In this document: one piece after another, positions 17,898-27,040 of the stretch
How the letters are laid out: each line of letters starts with the position of its first letter
How positions within the stretch are numbered: position 1 is the first letter of the stretch
Source of the DNA: Betaproteobacteria bacterium RIFCSPLOWO2_12_FULL_64_23
GTDB taxonomy: Bacteria; Pseudomonadota; Gammaproteobacteria; Burkholderiales; SG8-39
Direction: 5' to 3'
DNA: 53,806 nt
Assembly: GCA_001770575.1 (NCBI GenBank)
Contig: MERK01000111.1
Coordinates: forward strand, 1-53,806
The notes under the pieces: model-generated
Told to the model about the DNA's origin: nothing
The model's database searches: none
The model's input: only the letters and a program-made list of their open reading frames with translations
Translations under genes and position numbers: made by a program

Positions 17898-18185
17898 ATG
17901 GCGGCCTATCTCGTAGTGGACATCGACGTCACCAATCCGGCGCAGTTCGAGGAATACAAGAAGCTTGCACCGGCGGCGATCGCCAAGTACGGCGGGCGCT
18001 ACCTCATCCGTGGCGGCGCTTACGAGGCGATCGAAGGTGATTGGAAACCGCAACGGCTGACGGTGGTCGAATTCGAGTCGATGGAGAAAGCGAAAGCCTT
18101 CTACGACTCGCCGGAATATCAGCTGGCGATCAAGGTGCGCAAGGGGGCGGCGAACATGAAGATGCTGCTCGTGCAGGGAATATAG
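17898..18185 (+). CDS. DUF1330 domain protein
   Basis: 95 aa (MAAYLVVDIDVTNPAQFEEYKKLAPAAIAKYGGRYLIRGG...VVEFESMEKAKAFYDSPEYQ). ATG at 17898, preceded by AGGAGAAAA. Confidence 0.75.
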   Translation: MAAYLVVDIDVTNPAQFEEYKKLAPAAIAKYGGRYLIRGGAYEAIEGDWKPQRLTVVEFESMEKAKAFYDSPEYQLAIKVRKGAANMKMLLVQGI

Positions 18186-18199
18186 GCGCTCCAGGCAAT

Positions 18200-18229
18200 G
18201 ACAAAGGGGCGCACGGGCGCCCCTTTGTC
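18200..18229. terminator. Bidirectional stem-loop terminator between convergent DUF1330 and FDH operons
   Basis: Perfect 13-bp stem GACAAAGGGGCGC / GCGCCCCTTTGTC with a 4-nt loop. It lies 15 nt after the DUF1330 stop and 15 nt after the stop of the minus-strand small gene. Confidence 0.6.
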
Positions 18230-18243
18230 GATTGCGTGTCCGA

Positions 18244-18522
18244 CTATTTCTTGGTTGCCGCCGCCGGCTTGGCGCCCTTGGCCGCAGCCGCAGGCTTGCC
18301 GCCCTTGACCTGGCTTTTCTTGTAGCGCTCGGCCACCCGGTCCTGCGCCTTCGCCAGCTGCTCCCCTGCCTTTTTCGCGGCTTCGGCTTCCTTGACTTTC
18401 TTTTCCTCAGCCTTGGCCTTGGCCGCGTCATCCATCGGCGGAACGGGTATCTTGGCCTGAGCCAGCCCTGCGCTCAATGCAAAAACCAGCGCCCCTGCCA
18501 TCAGCAATTTTGCGGTTTTCAT
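18244..18522 (-). CDS. Small exported Lys/Ala-rich protein, last gene of the FDH operon
   Basis: 92 aa with a Sec signal peptide (MKTAKLLMAGALVFALSAGLAQA) and a K/A/E-rich mature part. GGGAGG Shine-Dalgarno. It starts 13 nt after the FDH gamma stop. Confidence 0.6.
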   Translation of the reverse strand: MKTAKLLMAGALVFALSAGLAQAKIPVPPMDDAAKAKAEEKKVKEAEAAKKAGEQLAKAQDRVAERYKKSQVKGGKPAAAAKGAKPAAATKK

Positions 18523-18535
18523 TTCAGCCTCCCAA

Positions 18536-19594
18536 TTAGTGTTGGACCTGTGGCGGGGCGGTCGCGGCAGCTGCTGCGCCGGGCGCACCCGACGGCAACT
18601 CTCTCCTGCCGGCCTTGACGTCGTCGTACCAGTACTGCGCATGCTCGCGCGCCCAAGTCTCGTCCACGTAGCCGTTGCGCATCCCCTCGTAGGCGCCGGT
18701 CGTTCCCACAGTGCCCAGATAGATATGGGAAAGCCCCCAGGTGATGAACAGAATCCCGGCAATGACATGCACGATGTTGGCAAGCATCATCAGCCAGCGC
18801 GACTGGTCGAAGTTGGGAAAATCCAGCACCAGGCCGCTGGCGCTCGCCACGATGCCGAGGCCGATCACTCCGCCCCAGAACCAGATTTTCTCCCCGGCAT
18901 TGAAGCGGCCGGCAGGTACCACTTCCCCGGTGAGCACGCCGCCGCCTTTGACCAGCCAAGTGATGTCGTAGGCGCGCGGAAAATTGTCGCGAATGAACGT
19001 CACCACGAACACCACGATGCTGAACATGAATATCGGCCCGGTGAAGTTGTGCAGGATCTTCCCCACCTCCGCCAGCCAGCTGAACAGCGTGTGGCCGATC
19101 AAGGGCAACAACACATGCTTGCCGAACAGCATGACGAGGCCGGTGACGGCGAGAATGCAGAAGCTGATAGCCATGGTCCAGTGCGCCATGCGCTCGAAAC
19201 TGGAGAAACGCTCGATCATCTTGCCGCTGGGCGGACTGTGCAGCCCCATCGGCCCGCGCAACTTGTAGAACAGGCCAAGCGCGATCAGCGTCAGGACCAC
19301 CCACCAGCCGCCGTAGAGCGTGATCGGACCGTTGCGCAGCCTGCGCCAGGTTTCGCCCTCGGTCTGAATCAGAACGCCGGTCTCGCGCCCCTGGATCGAG
19401 GTGTACCCCTCCTTGCCCGAGCGCACGTCGCGCCACACCGGCGCGTTGTTGCCCGGCTGCACCTGCTGGCGTTGCGCCTGGGTTTGGTCCATCCGGCTTT
19501 CCTGCGCCTGGGCGTAAGCCGTCCCGCCGGACAACGGCAGCAGCAGCATCAATCCCAGGAAGAAATGCCGCACGCCTGAAACATTGGCTCGCAT
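18536..19594 (-). CDS. fdhC: Formate dehydrogenase gamma subunit (cytochrome b, FdnI/FdoI type) with a long N-terminal periplasmic extension
   Basis: 352 aa. A signal-like N-terminus is followed by four TM helices with conserved His residues (FERMAHWTMA..., ILHNFTGP..., ANIVHVIAG...) typical of FDH-N gamma. Confidence 0.85.
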   Translation of the reverse strand: MRANVSGVRHFFLGLMLLLPLSGGTAYAQAQESRMDQTQAQRQQVQPGNNAPVWRDVRSGKEGYTSIQGRETGVLIQTEGETWRRLRNGPITLYGGWWVVLTLIALGLFYKLRGPMGLHSPPSGKMIERFSSFERMAHWTMAISFCILAVTGLVMLFGKHVLLPLIGHTLFSWLAEVGKILHNFTGPIFMFSIVVFVVTFIRDNFPRAYDITWLVKGGGVLTGEVVPAGRFNAGEKIWFWGGVIGLGIVASASGLVLDFPNFDQSRWLMMLANIVHVIAGILFITWGLSHIYLGTVGTTGAYEGMRNGYVDETWAREHAQYWYDDVKAGRRELPSGAPGAAAAATAPPQVQH

Positions 19595-19603
19595 GATTCC
19601 TCC

Positions 19604-19867
19604 TTAATCGCCGATGCGCACGTATTCGTTTTGATTCTGGCTGCGCGACCTGAGCGCGGACTCCCAACTGCTCTTGTCGCCCTTCGCCCACTTGGAAGTG
19701 GTGTAAAGGCTGGCGCCGGGCTCGTTCTCCCACGGCCTGGTATCGGGCTTGCCCTGGTACTTGCCCTGCTCGTACACGATCACCTGCTCTGTTTCGCCGC
19801 AGCCGGCCAGGCCGGCCGTAACGGCAAGAGCAGCAACGGCAACTGCGAGTTTGCGTGCGCTGATCAT
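19604..19867 (-). CDS. Small lipoprotein encoded between the FDH beta and gamma genes
   Basis: 87 aa with the lipobox LAGC at residues 20-23. Its ATG overlaps the fdhB stop (ATGA), and it ends 9 nt before fdhC. Confidence 0.6.
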   Translation of the reverse strand: MISARKLAVAVAALAVTAGLAGCGETEQVIVYEQGKYQGKPDTRPWENEPGASLYTTSKWAKGDKSSWESALRSRSQNQNEYVRIGD

Positions 19868-20490
19868 GATTTCCCCCCTTTCGGTGCCGGCTGCTGCGCT
19901 TTGTCGGGTTTGCCGTAGGCCGTGCTCCAGCCCCACACTTCGGCGCCCTTGCCGCGCTTCAGCGCGCGATCGCGGAAAATGTCGGCGATGACATCGCCGT
20001 CGCCGCCGAGCAGCGCCTTGGTCGCACACATCTCGGCGCACGCGGGAAGCTTGCCCTGCGCCAGGCGGTTGGAACCGTATTTGGCGAACTCTTCCTTGGA
20101 GTTGTCCTTCTCCGGGCCGCCGGCGCAGAAAGTGCACTTGTCCATCTTGCCGCGCATGCCGAAGGCACCCGCCTGCGGGAACTGCGGCGCGCCGAACGGA
20201 CAGGCGTAAAAGCAGTAGCCGCAGCCGATGCACATGTCCTTGTCGTGCAACACCACGCCTTCCTCGGTGCGGTAAAAGACGTCCACCGGGCAGACCGCCA
20301 TGCACGGCGCATCCGAGCAGTGCATGCACGCGACCGAGATCGATTTCTCCCCCGGAACGCCGTCGTTGAGGGTGACCACGCGGCGCCGATTCACGCCCCA
20401 GGGCACCTCGTTCTCCTGCTTGCAGGCGGTCACGCAGCCATTGCACTCGATGCAGCGCTCGGCGTCACACAGGAATTTCATTCTGGCCAT
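19864..20490 (-). CDS. fdhB: Formate dehydrogenase beta (4Fe-4S) subunit
   Basis: 208 aa with four Cys cluster motifs (CIECNGCVTAC, CMHCSDAPC, CIGCGYCFYAC, CTFC...). Directly downstream of the alpha subunit. Confidence 0.88.
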   Translation of the reverse strand: MARMKFLCDAERCIECNGCVTACKQENEVPWGVNRRRVVTLNDGVPGEKSISVACMHCSDAPCMAVCPVDVFYRTEEGVVLHDKDMCIGCGYCFYACPFGAPQFPQAGAFGMRGKMDKCTFCAGGPEKDNSKEEFAKYGSNRLAQGKLPACAEMCATKALLGGDGDVIADIFRDRALKRGKGAEVWGWSTAYGKPDKAQQPAPKGGKS

Positions 20491-20502
20491 GATGGTCTCC
20501 CC

Positions 20503-23421
20503 TTATCCTTGAAATTTCTCGATCTGGCACAGGGTGGTCTTGGTCTCCTGCATCATGGTCACCGCATCGTAGCCATAGGTCGTGGCGGTGTTGACCGCCT
20601 CGCCGCGCACGATCGGCGCCGCACCGTCCGGGTAGTAGTCGAGCATGTCCTTGCCCATCCACCAGCCGGAGAAGTGGAACGGCAGGAACACCGTGTCCGC
20701 GCCGACGCGCTCCGTCACCATGGCCTTGACCTTGAGCTGCGCGCCGGTCGGAGTTTTCACCCATACGTACTCGCCTTCCCGTATGCCGCGGTCGTTGGCC
20801 GACTTGGGATTGATCTCGACGAACATGTCCTGCTGCAGTTCCGCCAGCCAGGGGTTGGAGCGCGTTTCCTCGCCGCCGCCCTCGAACTCGGTCAGGCGGC
20901 CGCTGGTCATGATCAGCGGAAATTCCTTGGAAATGTTCTTGTTCTTTTCCTGCACCGACTTGAACAGCGTCGGCAGGCGCCAGAACGCTTTCTTGTCGTC
21001 GTGCGTGGGGTACTTGTCCACCATGTCCGGCCGCGGCGAGTACAGCGGTTCGCGGTGCAGCGGGATGGCATCGGGGAAGTTCCACACCACGGCGCGCGCC
21101 TTGGCGTTTCCAAAGGGGTGGCAGCCGTGAACTTTCATCACCACGCGCTGGATGCCGCCGGAGAGGTCGGTCTTCCAGTTTTTGCCCTCTGCCGCCGTTT
21201 TCTCCGCCTCGGTCAGGTCGTCCCACCAGCCCAGTTTCTTCAGCAGCACATGGTCGAATTCCGGATAGCCGGTGGTCAGCTCCGCGCCCTTGGAGTGCGA
21301 CCCGTCTTCGGCCAGCAGGTTGATGCCGTCTTTCTCCACGCCGAAGTTGGCGCGGAAATTTCCGCCGCCGTCCATCACGTGGCGCTCGGTCATGTACAGA
21401 TTGGGCGAGCCCGGATGCTTCATCTCCGGCGTGCCATAGCAGGGCCAGGGCAGACCGAAATAATCGCCGTCGCAGGGCCCGCCCTTGGCGCGCAGTGTCT
21501 TCACGTCGAAGGTGTTCATGTGCTTCATGTGCAGCTTCAGCCGCTCCGGACTCTGGCCGGTATAGCCTATGGTCCAGGTGCCGCGGTTGAATTCGCGCGT
21601 GATGTCCTCGATCACCGGCTCGTCTTTCACCACCTGAATGTTCTGCTTGCCGTCCTTCTTGCCGACCAGCTGGTCGGCGAAACCGAACTTCTTGGCGAAC
21701 AGGTACATGATGGTCTGGTCGGGTTTCGCTTCGAACAGCGGCTCGATCACCTTCTCCCGCCACTGCAGCGAGCGGTTGGAGGCAGTGACGCTGCCCGAGG
21801 TTTCGAACTGCGTCGCCGCCGGCAGCAGGTACACGCCGTCCTTCCTGATCATGGCCGCCATCGCCGCCGTGGCCGAGGGATACGGATCGATCACCACCAG
21901 CAGGTCGAGCTTCTTCATCGCCTCGACCATTTCCTTGCCGCGCGTCTGGCTGTTGGGCGCGTGGCCCCAGAAGACCACCGCGCGCAGGTTCGGATCCTGG
22001 TCGATCAATTCGTTCTTCTCGGTCACGCCGTCGATCCAGCGCGACACCGTGATGCCGGGCTTGTTCATCATGCCGGCGGCGTACTGTTTCTTCAGCCATT
22101 CCAGATCCACATTCCAGACCTTGGCCCAGTGAGCGAAGGCGCCCGGGATGATGCCGTAATAGCCCGGCAGCGAATCCGGGTTCGGGCCGATGTCGGTCGC
22201 GCCCTGCACGTTGTCGTGGCCGCGGAAAATGTTGGCGCCACCGCCCATCTTGCCGATATTGCCCAGGGCCAGCTGGAAAATGCAGAAAGCGCGCACCATG
22301 GCGTTGCCGATGGTGTGCTGGGTCTGCCCCATGCACCAGACGATGCTGGAAGGCCGGTTCTTCGCCATGGTCTCGGCGATCTTGTAGCAGTCCGCCTCGG
22401 ACACGCCGCACACCTCCTGCACCCGTTCGGGCGTCCACTTCATCACCTCGTCCTTCACCTTCTCCATGCCGTAGACGCGGTCGTGAATGTATTGCTTGTC
22501 CTCCCAGCCGTTCTTGAACACGTGGTAGAGCACGCCGAATATGACCGGGATGTCAGTGCCGGAACGAATGCGCACGAAATGGTCGGCCTTGGCCGCGGTG
22601 CGGGTGAAGCGCGGGTCGGCGACGATGATCTTGGCACCTGCCTCCTTCGCATGCAGCACATGCAGCATCGACACCGGATGCGCCTCTGCCGCGTTCGAGC
22701 CCATGAACCAGATCGCTTTCGCGTTCTGCATGTCGTTGTAGGAATTGGTCATCGCACCGTAACCCCAGGTGTTGGCGACGCCGGCGACCGTGGTCGAGTG
22801 GCAGATGCGCGCCTGATGGTCGGTGTTGTTGGTGCCGAACAGGCGCACGAACTTGCACATCAGATAGGTCTGTTCGTTGTTGTGCTTGCTCGATCCGATC
22901 CAGTAGCTGGCGTCCGGACCGCTTTCCTTCCTGATCGCGAGCAGCTTGTCGCCGACCTCGTTGATCGCCTGATCCCAGCTGATGCGTTTGTACTTGCCGT
23001 TCTCCAGCTTCATCGGATACTTCAGGCGGTGCGAATTCTCGGTCACGCCGTGCTCGCGCACCGCTGCGCCCTTGGCGCAATGCGCGCCCAGGTTGAGCGG
23101 CGAATCGAATACCGGCTCGTGCCGCACCCACACACCGTTCTGCACCACCGCGTCGATGGCGCAGCCGACGGAGCAGTGGGTGCAGACCGTGCGTTTGATT
23201 TCGACCTTGCCGCCGGCGGACTTATCACTGGCAGCCTCGGCGCGGCCGATCATGTTGAACGGCCCGGCCAGGGTGGCCAACGAGGCACTCGCGCCCACCG
23301 CCACGCCGGAGCGCTTGAGGAAGGAGCGGCGGTCGATGGTCTTGGCCAGCATGCCGGCCAAGCCGCGCGACAGGCGGGTTTGCGCCGAGGGCGCGCTTGC
23401 GGATTTCCGGGTGAGTAACAT
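20503..23421 (-). CDS. fdhA: Formate dehydrogenase alpha subunit, Mo/W-bis-PGD, Tat-exported, cysteine type
   Basis: 972 aa with the Tat motif DRRSFLKRSG and an N-terminal 4Fe-4S motif CTHCSVGC. The active-site segment QARICHSTTVAG has Cys where Sec-type enzymes have U. There is no in-frame TGA. A GAGGAGG SD precedes the ATG at 23421. Confidence 0.92.
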   Translation of the reverse strand: MLLTRKSASAPSAQTRLSRGLAGMLAKTIDRRSFLKRSGVAVGASASLATLAGPFNMIGRAEAASDKSAGGKVEIKRTVCTHCSVGCAIDAVVQNGVWVRHEPVFDSPLNLGAHCAKGAAVREHGVTENSHRLKYPMKLENGKYKRISWDQAINEVGDKLLAIRKESGPDASYWIGSSKHNNEQTYLMCKFVRLFGTNNTDHQARICHSTTVAGVANTWGYGAMTNSYNDMQNAKAIWFMGSNAAEAHPVSMLHVLHAKEAGAKIIVADPRFTRTAAKADHFVRIRSGTDIPVIFGVLYHVFKNGWEDKQYIHDRVYGMEKVKDEVMKWTPERVQEVCGVSEADCYKIAETMAKNRPSSIVWCMGQTQHTIGNAMVRAFCIFQLALGNIGKMGGGANIFRGHDNVQGATDIGPNPDSLPGYYGIIPGAFAHWAKVWNVDLEWLKKQYAAGMMNKPGITVSRWIDGVTEKNELIDQDPNLRAVVFWGHAPNSQTRGKEMVEAMKKLDLLVVIDPYPSATAAMAAMIRKDGVYLLPAATQFETSGSVTASNRSLQWREKVIEPLFEAKPDQTIMYLFAKKFGFADQLVGKKDGKQNIQVVKDEPVIEDITREFNRGTWTIGYTGQSPERLKLHMKHMNTFDVKTLRAKGGPCDGDYFGLPWPCYGTPEMKHPGSPNLYMTERHVMDGGGNFRANFGVEKDGINLLAEDGSHSKGAELTTGYPEFDHVLLKKLGWWDDLTEAEKTAAEGKNWKTDLSGGIQRVVMKVHGCHPFGNAKARAVVWNFPDAIPLHREPLYSPRPDMVDKYPTHDDKKAFWRLPTLFKSVQEKNKNISKEFPLIMTSGRLTEFEGGGEETRSNPWLAELQQDMFVEINPKSANDRGIREGEYVWVKTPTGAQLKVKAMVTERVGADTVFLPFHFSGWWMGKDMLDYYPDGAAPIVRGEAVNTATTYGYDAVTMMQETKTTLCQIEKFQG

Positions 23422-23430
23422 GGCGCCTCC

Positions 23431-23637
23431 TCAGACTTTCGCGGTTCGGTAGTAATTGCGGATGTGCTCGGAGGCGTGGTAACCCCTGGTCTTCTTCTTG
23501 CCCTCGCCGGTCACGGCCGGCTGCGGCTCGACCTGCGGCACGGTCTTCGCCACAATCGCGGCGGCGCTTGCCGCGCCGCCTGCGCCGACCGCGAGCAGGA
23601 AATTTCTGCGGCTCAGTTTGGTCTGGCCTTGGCTCAT
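23431..23637 (-). CDS. Small Tat-signal protein of the 'formate dehydrogenase region TAT target' type
   Basis: 68 aa with the twin-arginine motif SRRNFLLAVGAGGAA. Immediately upstream of fdhA. Confidence 0.7.
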   Translation of the reverse strand: MSQGQTKLSRRNFLLAVGAGGAASAAAIVAKTVPQVEPQPAVTGEGKKKTRGYHASEHIRNYYRTAKV

Positions 23638-23670
23638 GTTCGTCTCCTCACAAATGACCGCCGCTGACGG

Positions 23671-24297
23671 TCAAATCATTTCGAAAGAAACCGCTTCTAC
23701 GTCCAGAAATGCCTTAGTGAAAGTCGCCACTTGCTTATAAAAATTTGTATTGGGCGAAGCCATCACGGCGGCATAAAAATCAGCATACCAAGGATTAAGA
23801 TACTCGATAAAGAACTTTTTTTGTTCTTGCACTGCAGCATCGCTCGAGCCCGCGGCGATCAGGTGGCGCATGACTTCGCACAGGCCGGAGAAATGATCTT
23901 CGTACTCGGCCGCAGACGGGTTCTTCGCCAGCCCCATTTCGGCCAGCGCGTCGCGCAGCCGCACCAGCACCCGTTCCTGCATGGATTCAGCAAGATAGTG
24001 CGAGGCATAGGGGGTGATCTCGGCCTTGCCCGCGCCGACGAACACCTGGTCGTATTCCGCCCGCGCCGCTTCCGCATCCATCGCCGCCGCGGCCGCGCCG
24101 AGTGCGCTCCACGCCGCGGCCAGGGGCGCGGTTTCGCCTGCGCCCGCGATTTTCTCGGCGCCGGCGATGGCGGCGAGCAAGTGCGCGTCCGGTCCGGCGT
24201 AGAACAGGCGCGCGATCAGCGCATAGAAACCGGCGCGCGCCTGATCTTCCTCGAACACGGGCGGCGCGGACGCTGGCTGGGTGGACTGGCCGTTCAC
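23671..24297 (-). CDS. TorD/DmsD-family redox enzyme maturation chaperone
   Basis: 208 aa from GTG 24297 (GTGA overlap with the upstream gene). All-helical TorD-like sequence (...ARAGFYALIARLFY...EYDQVFVG...EDHFSGLCEVM...). Confidence 0.7.
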   Translation of the reverse strand: MNGQSTQPASAPPVFEEDQARAGFYALIARLFYAGPDAHLLAAIAGAEKIAGAGETAPLAAAWSALGAAAAAMDAEAARAEYDQVFVGAGKAEITPYASHYLAESMQERVLVRLRDALAEMGLAKNPSAAEYEDHFSGLCEVMRHLIAAGSSDAAVQEQKKFFIEYLNPWYADFYAAVMASPNTNFYKQVATFTKAFLDVEAVSFEMI

Positions 24298-26387
24298 GAG
24301 CGAATGCCGAAGATGGTCTGCTCGTTCTTGTTTTCCATCATGTCGATGACGCGGCAATCGCCGCACATCTGCAAGCGCTTCGCGCCGTCGCCCGAAAACA
24401 TGGGGTGAGTGCCCAGCTTGCCCGCCATGTTGTCTATCAACTGCTTGTTGCCGAAAGGCTTGCCGCAGCGCACGCAGTCAAACGGAACCGCCTCGTGCAG
24501 CACCACTTCCGCCTTGGCCCGCGACGTAAGCAGCAACCGCGGCGCGAGCGTGACCGCCTGTTCCGGGCAGGTGTTGACGCACAGGCCGCATTGCACGCAA
24601 TTGCGCTCGATGAATTTGAGCAAAGGCCGGTCGCGGCCGTCGACCAGGGCCGAGGCCGGACAGGCGCCGACGCAAGCCATGCACAGCGTGCAGGTGTCGC
24701 GGTTGACCTGGACCCGGCCCCAGGGCGCGCCCGCTTCCAGCGCGATCTCCTCCCGCGGCGTGGGCGCCAGGCGCGCCAGGTGCTCGAGCGCGAATTCCAG
24801 GGTGCTGCGCTTGTCCGTGCTCAGGTTGAAACTTGCCGCATCGGCGACTGCCCGGGCCGGCGCGAGCGCCCACACCTCGCGCTCCAGCATGGCCGCATCT
24901 TCGGTGGCGAGCCACTTGAGGTGCATGCCGGCGTAGCCCAGCGCGCTGACGATGGTTTGGGCATGGCGCATCTGCTTTTCCACGGCCGCGCCGTATTCAT
25001 CGGCCTCTTGCTCGTTTGCAAGCAGCACAACCTGACTGGCGCCGTAGGCGAGCGCGCCGAGCAGCGTATCCATGCCGAGCGCGGCGACACTGTGCACCTC
25101 CAGCGGAATCACCCGTGCCGGCAGGCCGCCGCTTTTCCCCGGCTGCGCGCGGCGGCCGAGCTTTGCGATCAGGTCGCGGCTGGTACCCGCATTGTGGAAC
25201 AGGATGCACGCGTCTGTTCCGCCTGCGCCGCGATAGGTAGCGAGCAACGTCTTGAGCTGCCGGCCCAGATCGGACACGCGCGGATAGGCATGGGTCATCG
25301 CGCCCGAGGGACAGACGGTGGCGCAGCCGCCGCAGCCCATGCACAGCTGCGGTTCGACTTTGACCTTATCGCCATCGGCCGAAATCGCGCCGGTGGAGCA
25401 GGTGTCGATGCAATTGTTGCAGCCTGCCTTGGCCGAGCGGCTGTGCGCGCAGATCCTGGCGTCATAGGCAAAGAACTTCGGCTTCTCGAATTCCCCCACG
25501 AGTTGCGCCAACTGCCCTGCGGCGAGCGCCTGCGCGAGCGGATCGCGCCCCGGCGCGAGATAGCCTTGCGGCGGTTGCGCGAGTTTGATGCTGGGTTCGG
25601 CACCGAGATCGAGCAGCAGATCAAAGCGTTCGCTGCGCGCGCGTTCGACGCGCTCGAAATCGATGGCGCCGATGTCGCCGCAGGCTAGCACGCAGGCGCG
25701 ATGCGACTTGCACTTGACCAGATCGATCTGATAGCTGAAATCGATGGCCTGCTCCGGGCAGGCGCGAATGCAGGCGTTGCAGCGCGTGCACACTTCCAGG
25801 TCGATCGGATTGGCCTGCTCCCACGCGACCTCGAACGCGCCGAGATAGCCGCTGACCGAGGCGAGCTTGCCCGACCAGACGGGGTAGCTACGCACCGCCG
25901 CAAGCTCGGCACCCGCGCTGTCTGTCACGAGGACGCTTACTTCGAGCCGCTCCTTCAACCGCTCGGCCCACTGCACCGCGACTTCCGCCGGACCGGCGAT
26001 GAGCAACTGCCCATCCGAGCGGTAGCTGGTGCGAGCCACCGGTTCGGGCTCGGGCAGATCGGCCAAAGCAAGCAGCGCGGCGATCTTGGGCATGGCCTGC
26101 CTGGATTCCTTCGACCAGCCGGCGGTCTCGCGGATATTGACGAACTTAAGCTCGTGCTTTGCCCCGGCCTGCTCGGCCAATTCGGCGAACAGCGGCGCCT
26201 CCTGGGTACAGGCCACCAGGCAATCGCCGCCTTTCAGCGCTTCGTGAAACGCGCCGGCTTCGCGCCGGCATAGTTCGGTATGGATGGTGATGGGCGAATC
26301 GAGCTTCAACGCGATCGCCAAGGCCTTGGCGTCGAGCGCCATGGTCTGGTTGCAGTTGCACAGCTTGATCGTCTTGTCCGTCGACAT
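24294..26387 (-). CDS. Large multi-cluster 4Fe-4S (polyferredoxin-like) protein of the FDH operon
   Basis: 697 aa with at least five CxxCxxCxxxCP-type motifs (CTRCNACIRACP, CMGCGGCATVCP, CTLCMACVGACP, CVQCGLCVNTCP, ...) plus extra Cys pairs. Confidence 0.8.
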   Translation of the reverse strand: MSTDKTIKLCNCNQTMALDAKALAIALKLDSPITIHTELCRREAGAFHEALKGGDCLVACTQEAPLFAELAEQAGAKHELKFVNIRETAGWSKESRQAMPKIAALLALADLPEPEPVARTSYRSDGQLLIAGPAEVAVQWAERLKERLEVSVLVTDSAGAELAAVRSYPVWSGKLASVSGYLGAFEVAWEQANPIDLEVCTRCNACIRACPEQAIDFSYQIDLVKCKSHRACVLACGDIGAIDFERVERARSERFDLLLDLGAEPSIKLAQPPQGYLAPGRDPLAQALAAGQLAQLVGEFEKPKFFAYDARICAHSRSAKAGCNNCIDTCSTGAISADGDKVKVEPQLCMGCGGCATVCPSGAMTHAYPRVSDLGRQLKTLLATYRGAGGTDACILFHNAGTSRDLIAKLGRRAQPGKSGGLPARVIPLEVHSVAALGMDTLLGALAYGASQVVLLANEQEADEYGAAVEKQMRHAQTIVSALGYAGMHLKWLATEDAAMLEREVWALAPARAVADAASFNLSTDKRSTLEFALEHLARLAPTPREEIALEAGAPWGRVQVNRDTCTLCMACVGACPASALVDGRDRPLLKFIERNCVQCGLCVNTCPEQAVTLAPRLLLTSRAKAEVVLHEAVPFDCVRCGKPFGNKQLIDNMAGKLGTHPMFSGDGAKRLQMCGDCRVIDMMENKNEQTIFGIRS

Positions 26388-26473
26388 CTTCTTATAATGG
26401 TTTGTTTGCGCAACCCGTCGAACGCGGGCTCCTCCAGCGCAGACATATACTACAAGCTAACAAAAACTCCTGG

Positions 26474-27040
26474 CTAGTTATTCTTGCTGCCTTGCGCCGG
26501 CGGCGCCGCCGCGGCGCTGGTCGCAACCTGTGCATCCTTGTCGGAATCGCCTGCCGCTGACGTTTCCGGCAATGCGCTCGTGTCAACTGCGGCCACAGGC
26601 GCTGCGGCTTCCCCAACTGCGGCCGGGCCGCCCGCGCTCTCGGCTGTTTTCCCCTTCCCCTCGTCCTCGAACAGGAACAGGTTTTTCGCCTGATTCAGTT
26701 GGCGCAGCATCGCCTCCGGAATCGGATCGGCTATGGAGTAGTCGTCGATATAGGTATCCAGGCCATCCATGACATTGAACTGCGGGTCGCTGAACAACTG
26801 CTTCAACGCCGTGCGGCGCAGTTCTTCGTCCACCCGCGGGTCGAAGTATTCGCGGTACTCGGCGCTGGTACCCTGCGGTGCTCCCGGCGCCGCCGGTTCG
26901 GTTGCGGGCGCGGCAGCAGCGCCAGGCGCGGTAGCGGGCAAGTCAGCCGCGGGTGCCGAGGCGGGCGGAGTCTCCTTCGCCTCCAGCTTGCGTCTGGACC
27001 AGCGCGAGAGGAAGGGTTCCTTGTCGTCCACGGCCGTCAA
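26474..27040 (-). CDS. DUF3306 domain protein (start TTG 27040 or GTG 27031)
   Basis: Contains the family-typical N-terminal FLSRWSRRK motif, an Ala/Pro-rich linker and a conserved acidic C-terminal part (DGLDTYIDDYS). Its start overlaps the DUF3305 stop. Confidence 0.7.
   Translation of the reverse strand: MTAVDDKEPFLSRWSRRKLEAKETPPASAPAADLPATAPGAAAAPATEPAAPGAPQGTSAEYREYFDPRVDEELRRTALKQLFSDPQFNVMDGLDTYIDDYSIADPIPEAMLRQLNQAKNLFLFEDEGKGKTAESAGGPAAVGEAAAPVAAVDTSALPETSAAGDSDKDAQVATSAAAAPPAQGSKNN

Noticed and set aside
20245-23418. 1057-aa plus-strand ORF, the longest in the track. Similar long ORFs occur at 39546..41804, 44098..45861, 36541..37767, 24102..25688 and 8..748.
   Set aside because: Each lies antisense to, or out of frame with, a gene that has clear family motifs (FDH alpha, BamE, BamB, BamH, polyferredoxin, ClpB). 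Their translations are Arg/Ala/Gly/His-rich low-complexity strings typical of shadow ORFs in high-GC DNA.
20503-23421. Selenocysteine (in-frame TGA plus SECIS) in FDH alpha, BamE or BamF.
   Set aside because: All three ORFs are uninterrupted. The FDH active-site position reads Cys (QARICHSTTVAG) and the BamF-like MvhD motif reads CNWCC.
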